From: a virus
DNA length: 64,000 nucleotides
IMG/VR virus record: IMGVR_UViG_3300035180_002574
Span: 117,178 to 181,177 of that record
Reading direction: 5' to 3' (one strand)
Shown: positions 29,805-38,825 of the stretch, one piece after another
Layout: each line of letters opens with the position of its first letter
Position numbering within the stretch: position 1 is the first letter of the stretch
The notes under the pieces: model-generated
What the model was told of the DNA's origin: nothing
What the model saw: only the letters and a program-made list of their open reading frames with translations
Databases searched by the model: none
Translations under genes and position numbers: made by a program

Positions 29805-31025
29805 ATGTCGTCTATTCACATATCAAACGAAAAAATTAACCATTATGCAATTGATATTTGTTCCATTCTGCAAAAACACGGATACCAAGCCTATATTGTG
29901 GGAGGATGTGTTCGAGATTTGATCTTAGGCAAGCAACCTAAAGATTGGGACATTTGTACCGATGCAAAACCAGAAAAAGTGATGGAATTATTTCCTAAAC
30001 ATTATCCCACTGGTCTTAAACATGGCACTATAACTGTCGCCATGGCAGAAGGCGTTGAAAACAACTTTGAAGTTACTACTTTTAGAGTAGAGGGTAAATA
30101 TACTGATGGTAGAAGACCAGAAGAAGTTTCATTTGTCAGTAATGTTATTGAAGATTTAGCCAGAAGAGATCTAACCATTAACGCAATGGCATATGATCCT
30201 CTAGCTAAGATAATTCTAGATCCATTTTACGGTCAGCAAGATATAAAATGGGGATTTATTCAAGCGGTAGGTAATGCCAATGATAGATTCCAAGAAGATG
30301 GGCTAAGAATTATGCGCGCAGCGAGGTTTGCTGCTCGATTTGAATACATAATCGAATCAAAAACATTCGAAGCCATGTGCAATAACCTACCAACATTGGC
30401 AAAAGTCTCTGTTGAACGTATTAAAGATGAACTTTGTAAAACTTTAATGACCAACAATCCATACTTAGGAATAAAATATCTACAAGATTGTGGCGCTTTA
30501 CAACAAATCTGTCCAGAAATTACTCTTACTGAAGCTTTAGAGAAGTGTAAGGGCGGCTTAGAAACTAAAATTGCTTGTCTTTTCACTCATACAACCTTTA
30601 CCATCGCTGAACGGGCAATGATATCCCTTAAATTTTCCAATAATGAAATCAAAAAAGTTAAATTATTATTGCAACTTTTTGAATGGACAAGTGCCGACTG
30701 GAGCACCACAAAAGTTTATCGTAAATTTATGGCGTTTCTTAAGAATCAGGCACAGGAAGACTGGCAAGACATCTTAAGAGAATTTATACATTTGTCTGAG
30801 GCGTTTGGAAGGGACGTTAAAACGACCCTTGAGGCATGCAAAAACGAAATTGTCTGGGCTCGCAAAGAAATGGCAATCAATGGCGATGATTTGATTGAAC
30901 TTGGAATTAAACCAGGACCGGAATTGAAAAAACTTTTGGATAGATGTTATGAAGAAATTCTAGAGCATCCTGAAAAGAACACTCTAGAACATCTTTCAAC
31001 AATTGTTAAGACAATCTCTTTATAA
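29805..31025 (+). CDS. cca: Class II tRNA nucleotidyltransferase (CCA-adding enzyme)
   Basis: GGCVRD..DWD (motif A), EVTTFR, intact YTDGRRP loop, RRD, EDGLR template, ERIKDE; no HD domain evident. Confidence 0.9.
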   Translation: MSSIHISNEKINHYAIDICSILQKHGYQAYIVGGCVRDLILGKQPKDWDICTDAKPEKVMELFPKHYPTGLKHGTITVAMAEGVENNFEVTTFRVEGKYTDGRRPEEVSFVSNVIEDLARRDLTINAMAYDPLAKIILDPFYGQQDIKWGFIQAVGNANDRFQEDGLRIMRAARFAARFEYIIESKTFEAMCNNLPTLAKVSVERIKDELCKTLMTNNPYLGIKYLQDCGALQQICPEITLTEALEKCKGGLETKIACLFTHTTFTIAERAMISLKFSNNEIKKVKLLLQLFEWTSADWSTTKVYRKFMAFLKNQAQEDWQDILREFIHLSEAFGRDVKTTLEACKNEIVWARKEMAINGDDLIELGIKPGPELKKLLDRCYEEILEHPEKNTLEHLSTIVKTISL

Positions 31026-31578
31026 GAAGAGATGTTGCTTGAGAATGGATTAGACCGCCATCAGGATCAGAAATGTCAAAAGCAGGACTGTTTCCTGGGG
31101 GACTAATTACTTCTACTATAGAGTTGACGGTTGAAGTAGTACTCAATACATCATTAACAAGTTGTGATATTCCTATTTTTTCTTCCAACTACTGAATACA
31201 CCATTGATTCTTAACATTAGTTGTGCCGGCTGGCTTATAGATGCCTGCCAGAAATTTCATATGTGCCAATTGCTGACCAGTGCTAGAACGAGTTATTCCA
31301 ACTCCACTAGTTGGTCTCGCGTCTCCTTCGAGACCTGTTGGTCAAATTGGACCCATAGCACCCATAGCACCACCACACGCACCAGTTTGTCCAGGAACAC
31401 CAGTAGCCCCTATTGCTCCTGTAGGTCCAATAAATCCAGTTGGACCTCTCCTTCCAGTATGATCTTTAATTGCTAATGCAAGTAATAGATCAGTACCAAT
31501 AGAACTATTAGAGGTTCTAATTATTGGTTTTGGAATTGGTGGTATACAACAATATTTACTAGATTTACATGAGCGCAT
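31006..31578 (-). pseudogene. Decayed collagen-like (BclA-type) gene
   Basis: G-X-Y run with TGA at a Gly position; the C-terminal domain is recoverable only across several frameshifts (IGTYEIS / QASISQPAQLMLRING / YSVVGRK / IGISQLV...SPPGNSPAF...SLLIKRLS). Confidence 0.75.
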
Positions 31579-31655
31579 AGATTCCCCTATGTAAACATAA
31601 TGAATAATTAATATAATTTAGTTGTAGCATACATTGCCTGCTATGATACAAAATG

Positions 31656-31681
31656 AAAAAGCCACCCGAAGGTGGCTTTTT
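31656..31681 (-). terminator. Intrinsic terminator after the capsid gene (potentially bidirectional)
   Basis: AAAAAGCCACC-CGAA-GGTGGCTTTTT; cUUCGg loop on the minus strand. Confidence 0.9.
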
Positions 31682-31727
31682 CTTTATATTTTATCTACAC
31701 GCTAACTAGTAGGTGTATATGTTAGGA

Positions 31728-32741
31728 TCAGGCGCCTACGACGACTGATTTCCTTCCGGCTGCGACACCACGAGGATTGACGATTGCCAAACCAATGATT
31801 TCGCTTACAACCCAGCCTAATTTAAGCTGTTTTGGCTCATCGGCAGGAAGCACTTCAATGTCCTGACGGATTGGCATAACTCCAACGAATTCTGGGTCGG
31901 CTGCGCCATATATCGTTCCAGGTGGAACGATCTTGGATACCATAATATCAGTACCCCAAATATGAGCATAAAGACCAGTTTGAAGAACTTCACGCATGGT
32001 GACTGGATCGAAATCACCGCCACCAGTTCCTTGACCACCACCTGAACCCCACTTAAGGATATCAGTAAATTCATTGATGTTCATGAAGTACTTGGTTGTA
32101 ACTAAGTCCCAACGATCGATTTGTTGCTTGATTTCAACAAGGTCTCTCTTCAAAAGACCGGCGTCAGCAATGTCAGTCAAGGTGTTTTCGACTGATGCGG
32201 CAGCGTCTAATGCTGCGAAGATGTTAGCATCTTCCTGAGCCATAATTTCTTGACGAGCCTTCTGAACAGCTCTGTCGATTACGTTGAATCTACGACGCTT
32301 GACTTCGGCGATTCTAACAGTTGGGTTTGCAAAGATTTCAAACTCTGGAACAACAACACGGTCACCGAAAACACGGGACTCTGGTCCTGTACCGTTGCTA
32401 GAAATAACAACTGCTGCTACGTCGATATCGCGATCGTAGGTTGGCATTGCGCCCTGTGGAAGAGGGTCTACAACAAGTGCTCTACGTGCAATTCCGTGGT
32501 AATCTAAGTTTCTACGGATTGGGTTTGCCATTGCCTGAGCAAGAGCAATCTTTCCATCCTGAGTCATAATTGCGCGAGAAATTAATTCATCACGCTTGTC
32601 GTCACTTAATTGAGGCTGTCCTGCAAGACCAATATTTGATGGCGCATTTTCTTCCAAAATTGATGCATATTTAACAAGAGTTGTTAACGCATCCTTCAAA
32701 GATGAGGCGTTCATTTCGCCTTTGCTATTGAACATATTCAT
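31728..32741 (-). CDS. Major capsid protein (HK97-like fold)
   Basis: 337 aa; SD AGGAG; downstream of protease/scaffold and decoration genes, followed by a strong terminator; capsid-like motifs (DPLPQGA..YDRD, IMAQED..IF, GWVVSEIIG..IVNPRG). Confidence 0.85.
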   Translation of the reverse strand: MNMFNSKGEMNASSLKDALTTLVKYASILEENAPSNIGLAGQPQLSDDKRDELISRAIMTQDGKIALAQAMANPIRRNLDYHGIARRALVVDPLPQGAMPTYDRDIDVAAVVISSNGTGPESRVFGDRVVVPEFEIFANPTVRIAEVKRRRFNVIDRAVQKARQEIMAQEDANIFAALDAAASVENTLTDIADAGLLKRDLVEIKQQIDRWDLVTTKYFMNINEFTDILKWGSGGGQGTGGGDFDPVTMREVLQTGLYAHIWGTDIMVSKIVPPGTIYGAADPEFVGVMPIRQDIEVLPADEPKQLKLGWVVSEIIGLAIVNPRGVAAGRKSVVVGA

Positions 32742-32789
32742 AAATTTTCTCCTAAATGGATTATTGCCAGTCTTACCAGCTTAAAGAAC

Positions 32790-32862
32790 TTACTTTAAAA
32801 GAGCGAGGGATTCCCGATTAGGGGATTGAGACATCCAGTCTCCTCCTGTCCCTCGGCAGGAT
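32790..32862 (-). promoter_or_regulatory. Structured leader (three-way junction) with 14-aa uORF (32790..32834) upstream of the capsid gene
   Basis: Stems CGAGGGA/TCCCTCG, GAGAC/GTCTC, TCCC/GGGA; AGGAGG-N7-ATG, MSQSPNRESLALLK*. Confidence 0.55.
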
Positions 32863-32883
32863 TTTTAATTCAGATTACCCTAA

Positions 32884-33534
32884 TTAGGCAGCTGGTGGAT
32901 TGAAGTAGAAGGTTGCGAAGCCTAATACTGCAGTTCCAAGAGCAGATGCTAACTTGCTTGGGGTGTTTACCAAAGAACCGTTGGTCTCGAATTCAACGAA
33001 ACGTCCAACTACTGGAGCTGAACCAACAGCGTTTACTGAACCAACTGGAGTCAAAAGACCCGTTGCGGTATAGGTAAGTGCTGCGCCTGTGTCAAGAGTT
33101 GCATTGGTTGGAACCAATCCGGTTGCTGCAGTGTCAACTGCATCAAGTGATACAGCGTACATACCTGGTTTTTCCCAAAGAGTTACTTTGCCTGAACCAG
33201 TTGCGGTGTGAGGTCCAAGAACTGCGCCGCCAGTTGATACCTGACCAACAGTTCCACCGACTACTGTACCGAAAAGAGTACCGTACCCGGAAATACCATC
33301 ATCAGCTAACATCAATGGACGAGAGCTGGAGGTAAGAGTTCTAGTAGCTACGACTCTCTTGTTTGGATTTACATATCCATCAAATACGTCGAAAGCTGCT
33401 TTATCAGTTGCTGCACTTGCAACAATAGACTTAAAGGTAAGTAATTCTCCACCCTTAAGTGTCAAAACTTCTGTATCAAGACCATCAAATTGACCTAATG
33501 GTTGAGTACCTGGTTGTAATAGTTTTAAAGCCAT
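32884..33534 (-). CDS. Capsid decoration/cement-like protein
   Basis: Small G/A/T-rich gene directly upstream of the capsid gene; paralogous to 41036..41722. Confidence 0.6.
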   Translation of the reverse strand: MALKLLQPGTQPLGQFDGLDTEVLTLKGGELLTFKSIVASAATDKAAFDVFDGYVNPNKRVVATRTLTSSSRPLMLADDGISGYGTLFGTVVGGTVGQVSTGGAVLGPHTATGSGKVTLWEKPGMYAVSLDAVDTAATGLVPTNATLDTGAALTYTATGLLTPVGSVNAVGSAPVVGRFVEFETNGSLVNTPSKLASALGTAVLGFATFYFNPPAA

Positions 33535-33679
33535 TTTGTTATCCTATGAATCTTCAATGCTTATACAAGCAATGTTGTCTTACACCTAACTTACAAATTC
33601 AAGTAACATATTTTCTTATGCGTATATTTAATGAAAAATATGTAAAACTTAAAAAAATATCTTGTTATGCCCAGATTTT

Positions 33680-34888
33680 TCAGCCACCTATCTGTTTTTT
33701 GATTTCATCTAGTTCTTCCTCATTCATTTTCATATCTGGAACTGCATTACCCGATCCGCCTTCGCGGAAAGAAGATACTAAAGACTGCCCAACTACAGCT
33801 GCTTGACTCTGTGAGTCATTTAATACTTTTATAATCTCATCTATGGATGAAATATATGCAGGAATTTCTGTAACAATACTCTCAAATTTATCAGCGAAGA
33901 GCAATGAAGTAGCTCCACCATATAAATGAACTTGTTCTGCAAGATCGGTCACATATCCCGTATCTTTGGTAACCATAGCCTTATATGAGGGCTTGGAGAA
34001 ATTAGCTTTCACTTGCATCATAAATGGTCTAAAATAATCCAACTTCTTCTTCAATAATTGAATTGCTTTAGATGCATTCTTTGCCTTCTCTTGATTATCT
34101 TGCTCGAATAATTCTTTTGCATCTAGTGGTTTTTCAAGAGCTACAATGATTGGATACAGACGATCATACGTGGTCTCAAAATCGTTTAGGTATTTTAAGA
34201 ACTTTGCCATGTCCGCTTTAACATTATCCGCCACTTCAATTCCAAAACCATAATCTACAGTACTTGTCATTAAAGAAGTAACAGCATCTTTTAATCTGGC
34301 GCTATCTTGTTTAAAACCTCTAGATATATTTGGCAAATGTTGCCAGGCATAAATTGCGCCAAAAGAGGCAGCAATTAATTCAGTAATAGCTAACATAGAT
34401 AAAGCAGTCTTAACTAAACTTTTTCTTTGAGCGAAATTAACCTGTTCTAAACAGGTATCAGCTAAAACCATTAACTCGTCTTTGTTTTGATTGTCTAAAT
34501 CATTGCCCAATCTTACAAGAGATAGAATTAATTCTTGTTCAGCATATCTTTTATTAGTTAATTGTCCGGTTGGAACCTTATCAATAATGTTGAGAATAAT
34601 ATTTTGTCTTTCGATATTATTTTCGACAAGACCATTCAAACGATCATAAGCGGGAGAAAGAACAACTGAGTCTGGATGAGCATCCTCCATAATGTTCTTT
34701 TTATATTCCATACTTTTGGGCATGTCTGGTTTAACACCATAAAGAGCCTCAATGTCTTTGATATCCAAAGAGTCAGCTCTTGGATTATTCTCTAACTTTT
34801 TCTTAGCTTTTTCAGGCGCATCTTCTGACACAAGACCTTTTTCTTGTGCAATTTTGATAAAGTTATCGAAAATTTCGCTTCTTCTCAT
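33680..34888 (-). CDS. Putative internal head protein
   Basis: KIAQEKGLV and AHP motifs shared with 38826..40163; K-x-A motifs. Confidence 0.55.
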   Translation of the reverse strand: MRRSEIFDNFIKIAQEKGLVSEDAPEKAKKKLENNPRADSLDIKDIEALYGVKPDMPKSMEYKKNIMEDAHPDSVVLSPAYDRLNGLVENNIERQNIILNIIDKVPTGQLTNKRYAEQELILSLVRLGNDLDNQNKDELMVLADTCLEQVNFAQRKSLVKTALSMLAITELIAASFGAIYAWQHLPNISRGFKQDSARLKDAVTSLMTSTVDYGFGIEVADNVKADMAKFLKYLNDFETTYDRLYPIIVALEKPLDAKELFEQDNQEKAKNASKAIQLLKKKLDYFRPFMMQVKANFSKPSYKAMVTKDTGYVTDLAEQVHLYGGATSLLFADKFESIVTEIPAYISSIDEIIKVLNDSQSQAAVVGQSLVSSFREGGSGNAVPDMKMNEEELDEIKKQIGG

Positions 34889-34936
34889 TAGACTCTCACC
34901 ATGGTTAATTTACATTAATATGTTAGTATATGCCCT

Positions 34937-36019
34937 TTATTGCTTTTTTGCAGCAACATCGTCAATAAAGAAATCCACCATTTGTTTCTTAGAAACAAAT
35001 TGCCTTGGTATGAAAACGTATGGATCTCCGACGCTCATCCTATTGAAGAATACAATTTGATCAACTAAAGTATTGAATACGGGAGACGATTTAATTACAT
35101 CCTCAACACCATCAAGTCCAGAATATACCTCTTTGGCAAAACCAATTACCATATTTTCAATAGATGAGCGATCATTCATTACATGTTCTGCCCATTCAAC
35201 ACCCGACTGGTTTCTCTTAATGTCAGTATATCCAGGTCTCTTGGGAAATTTGGTTTGGTTGGTAGAAACCATTGCCGATTGTGAAGGTTCGGTTTCTTTA
35301 GAACCGCCAAAAAATGATTTTTCTGGTTTAGTTGGCTTGCCGCCCTGCAAAGAAGAATCTAATGCATTAGATCTTCCTAATAACTTGTTAGCAACATCAC
35401 CTGCAGCCATTAATCCGGCAGACGCTAAAACCGTTTTAAATATCCAACCAATAATAGTGGTGAATATTTTTATTGCTTTTGCTGAAAGCATTGTAGTAAA
35501 AGCAGCGTTCTTTATTGTTCCTGTAGCATGATATTCCATCACAGCCAACTTTAACATACGTGCATCGCGCATTCTCTGAGCAACTGATTCAATATCGTCC
35601 GCAGATTCAGAATCAGTTGGAGTGTGCGCTTGAGCAGCTTCTGTAGTAGCCGCATCAACATCTGCGGATGTTATTGGTTTCCCACTACCTAATAAGCTAG
35701 AAATTTTACTGTGAATGCTCTTTAAAATTGAAGCCACATCTATATGCATTATGACGGTCAAGAACCCTAGTAAGCGCCCTGTCCAAGTAAATCCTAATGC
35801 TTGAAATAAAGTGACAATAGCACCCGGCGCAAGAAAATTGATAACACTATCAATTTTATTGTTTGGGTCTATATGACCAGACACATATGATTTTACTTTG
35901 TCAATTAATGACATAATAAAACCACTCCCAGCACCCATTTTGACGAATTTATCGTCAGCAAATGCCTGGACAACCATAGTGTCTACATATAAACTTATTT
36001 CACTATTACTTGGCTTCAT
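34937..36019 (-). CDS. Putative internal head/ejection protein with hydrophobic segments
   Basis: Start at MKPSN (TAATG overlap); two hydrophobic helical regions; IKNAA motif. Confidence 0.55.
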   Translation of the reverse strand: MKPSNSEISLYVDTMVVQAFADDKFVKMGAGSGFIMSLIDKVKSYVSGHIDPNNKIDSVINFLAPGAIVTLFQALGFTWTGRLLGFLTVIMHIDVASILKSIHSKISSLLGSGKPITSADVDAATTEAAQAHTPTDSESADDIESVAQRMRDARMLKLAVMEYHATGTIKNAAFTTMLSAKAIKIFTTIIGWIFKTVLASAGLMAAGDVANKLLGRSNALDSSLQGGKPTKPEKSFFGGSKETEPSQSAMVSTNQTKFPKRPGYTDIKRNQSGVEWAEHVMNDRSSIENMVIGFAKEVYSGLDGVEDVIKSSPVFNTLVDQIVFFNRMSVGDPYVFIPRQFVSKKQMVDFFIDDVAAKKQ

Positions 36020-37662
36020 TATTTCTGTCCTACTTGTGATGTTGGTAAAGAATTCCATTCTCTCAATGCGCCATCCAATAGCATATTATTATCACCTGCG
36101 GTTCTCATATTAGATGTTAGGTATGATAATTGTTCTGGAGTAAGTTTGGTTGATTGTGTTGGAGCCATGCCCCTTCCACCTTCGCCATATGTATCCATAA
36201 TGTCTTGAAGGATTGCGTATTCCATTCCAACAAGTTTTTTAAGTTCGGCTATCAATCTTCTAAAGTTTTGTCCAGGAGGGTCCTTGGTATAAAGAGTTGC
36301 AAGTTCCTCGGCAAAACCAGGCGTATTTTTAAGCGGATATGCTATTAGATCAGGGCGCTTAGAGAAATCATGTACAATAGCCATTTGAGAAAACACCTGA
36401 TCGATCATTTGTTTTACTCTAATTGCATGATCTCCAGTTGCATGAGCTCCAGAAGTGAAGCTTAAGTACGCCTCATTAAATTGTTGCATTCTTTGAAGAT
36501 TGATATCAATTTCTCTGAAAGGTAAGTTGTTCATTATATAATACAATGATCCTATACCTGCACCTGCACCACCAGCGCCAGTGCCACCTATTCCGGCTCC
36601 GGCTCCGGCTCCGGGAACTGAAATTGCACCGGTAATTGAACATACCTTTCCATCTGGTCCCGTATATTGAGACGAAAGTTCTTGCACTTTTCTTAAATAA
36701 AACCCAACGTTAGTTCTTTGTTCGGCATTGGTTTGACGCTGAATTAAATACTTAGCTCTCCAATATAAAGCATTAATCATGCTACAGAAGTTAACCTGTG
36801 CATCTGCCAACGGCAAATCTACTGAAGTAGTTCTTCCTGTTTTATCACCCTCAATTGGAATTTGGGTTCTAATTTTAATACCATTTTTAGAAAGCCAATT
36901 GTTTAAAGCGCCAGCATCTGTTAAATCGCCAGCAGTCAATTCTACCGCACCAGTTTCATATTTCTGGTTGGCAGGATCCAATATATAATTTGGTGGAAAT
37001 GAATCTACTTGGATATATGCTGGTAAATCAGCAGGAGCTGTTCCAGGAGCTGTTGTTGGCGTAGCTGTAAGTCCAGTATCATAGTATTGGTTTGTTGAAT
37101 TAATCAATTTACCAATCATAACTTGCAATACTTTATTGCGCTCGTTAAATGCTTTTCTCTGTAAATAGGCAAGATATTTTGTTACTTCGGGAAATAGCAA
37201 CTTATAGTCGGCTTCACCAAATCGTAAATCCTTGTCTGCTCCACCTTCTTGTGTACTAACTTTAACGCCAAGAGAGCCGTATCTTCTTTGAACCATAGGG
37301 TTTTTTAAAGCTGCCCAATCTTGCATAGAATAAGCCAATCTCTGACCATCAATTGTGATTTTACTTTCTTCCAGATATTTAGCAAATTGATCTATATTTT
37401 GAAGATCTTTTACCTCTGGTCCTTTTTCTACACCACCTTCACCATAAGCTAAATTTGGCATACCATTTAGATTTTGTCCTAATCTCATAAACAGGAATTT
37501 AGCAATATCTAAATCAGATACTGGTTTTGGAGCCTCTGTTGGGGTTGGCAATGGAGTTGGAGCCGTCGTAGGAGTTGGTAATGGAGCTAGCTTTGCCTGG
37601 CTCTCCTTAATAATTCTCTCAAACTCTCTCAATAATGCTGGATCTTTTGTAATAAAACTCAT
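36019..37662 (-). CDS. Putative internal head protein
   Basis: 547 aa with P/T-rich and G/A-rich linkers. Confidence 0.55.
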   Translation of the reverse strand: MSFITKDPALLREFERIIKESQAKLAPLPTPTTAPTPLPTPTEAPKPVSDLDIAKFLFMRLGQNLNGMPNLAYGEGGVEKGPEVKDLQNIDQFAKYLEESKITIDGQRLAYSMQDWAALKNPMVQRRYGSLGVKVSTQEGGADKDLRFGEADYKLLFPEVTKYLAYLQRKAFNERNKVLQVMIGKLINSTNQYYDTGLTATPTTAPGTAPADLPAYIQVDSFPPNYILDPANQKYETGAVELTAGDLTDAGALNNWLSKNGIKIRTQIPIEGDKTGRTTSVDLPLADAQVNFCSMINALYWRAKYLIQRQTNAEQRTNVGFYLRKVQELSSQYTGPDGKVCSITGAISVPGAGAGAGIGGTGAGGAGAGIGSLYYIMNNLPFREIDINLQRMQQFNEAYLSFTSGAHATGDHAIRVKQMIDQVFSQMAIVHDFSKRPDLIAYPLKNTPGFAEELATLYTKDPPGQNFRRLIAELKKLVGMEYAILQDIMDTYGEGGRGMAPTQSTKLTPEQLSYLTSNMRTAGDNNMLLDGALREWNSLPTSQVGQK

Positions 37663-37671
37663 TTACAATCC

Positions 37672-38823
37672 TTATATTGACATTCCGCCACCAGATCCGG
37701 TAGGCATTGTTGTTGACGCAGGGGTTTGGGTTGGCGCTTCTTCTGTCATACGGAATAATTGTGCTTCTATTTGTTGATAGATTGGAAAAATTTGTTGATC
37801 GGCTAAGTTGGCAGGACATTTTAGCGTCTTGACAATAAAGTTTTTGAATCTTTCGCGATCCGTTAAGCTAACCATAAACAATTTCACAGATTGCGGAGCG
37901 CCTGGCGAAGTACCTTCCCATATTGGGAGTTCTACATTTATTGATTTATGACCAGAAATTGCATCATCAATATGCTGCTGAGTAACATTTGAGGCAACGC
38001 CTTTTGGCAATTCATCAAAAGTATGATCTCCTTCAATATAATTACGGTACATTGGTCGAGCAAAAATAGCCCTTCTTACTTCGCCATATAGTTTTGTAAT
38101 TGCCTTAAGATGCCTAGTTATTTCTGCAGCTCTTTTGTTTTGTTCATCTAATGGAAGACTAATAGTTTTATCATTTGTAGGATCTACGTCATATCCATTT
38201 AATGCATTGATAAACCAATTCCAATTATCTTTTCTGTAGATATTTGTCTTAATTCCAAAGTCTTCTTCTAATTGAAGAAGCGCATATGCGAATCCAGCCA
38301 TATTTCTTAATGCATTATCAGTTCTAAAACCCCAAAATCCATCAGCCTTGAACTCTCCGCTTTTAACGTTTCCAATTCTTCTGATGGTATCCATTACTAC
38401 ATCAAGTTCATATATGGCTGATTCAGTTGGAAGTTTTTTACTATAGGTATCTTTACCAGTATCAGTGGACCACTCTACACCTTTGTAATCGTCATCAAGT
38501 GTGCCAACGTATTGTTCAGCAATGAAATCGGCAAATCCTTTTTTCGAACGAGCTTTTGGCGTACCTGGCGCAACTTTCTTTGGATCTCTTATTTCTTGCG
38601 TTTTTTGCATAATATCAAGCGAAGAATCTCTAATAACCGTTTCTGCCAATTCTTGCATTGCTTTTTGCATATTGATGATCGGACCTTTAGATCCAGTTGG
38701 CGCGGCATATCCACCACCGCCACCCCCAGGCGCAGGTTTTGGAGCAGGTTTAGACCCTCCCCCACTTAAGTCGGTCTGAGCGTATTTTTGTATTTCTAAT
38801 ACTAGTTTCTTAAAGTTGCTCAT
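37672..38823 (-). CDS. Putative internal head protein (possible peptidoglycan-binding-like motif)
   Basis: IQKYAQ motif; ADGFWGFRTDNAL resembles PG-binding DG..G..T..AL. Confidence 0.5.
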   Translation of the reverse strand: MSNFKKLVLEIQKYAQTDLSGGGSKPAPKPAPGGGGGGYAAPTGSKGPIINMQKAMQELAETVIRDSSLDIMQKTQEIRDPKKVAPGTPKARSKKGFADFIAEQYVGTLDDDYKGVEWSTDTGKDTYSKKLPTESAIYELDVVMDTIRRIGNVKSGEFKADGFWGFRTDNALRNMAGFAYALLQLEEDFGIKTNIYRKDNWNWFINALNGYDVDPTNDKTISLPLDEQNKRAAEITRHLKAITKLYGEVRRAIFARPMYRNYIEGDHTFDELPKGVASNVTQQHIDDAISGHKSINVELPIWEGTSPGAPQSVKLFMVSLTDRERFKNFIVKTLKCPANLADQQIFPIYQQIEAQLFRMTEEAPTQTPASTTMPTGSGGGMSI

Positions 38824-38825
38824 TA

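Noticed and set aside
31339-31345. TGA at a collagen Gly position suggesting TGA=Gly recoding
   Set aside because: The same gene has several frameshifts; TGA ends real genes with ATGA overlaps (10552-10555, 13953-13956); long ORFs are intact in code 11.
32790-32870. tRNA-like fold
   Set aside because: No T-loop or D-loop consensus and only three stems; kept as a leader structure.
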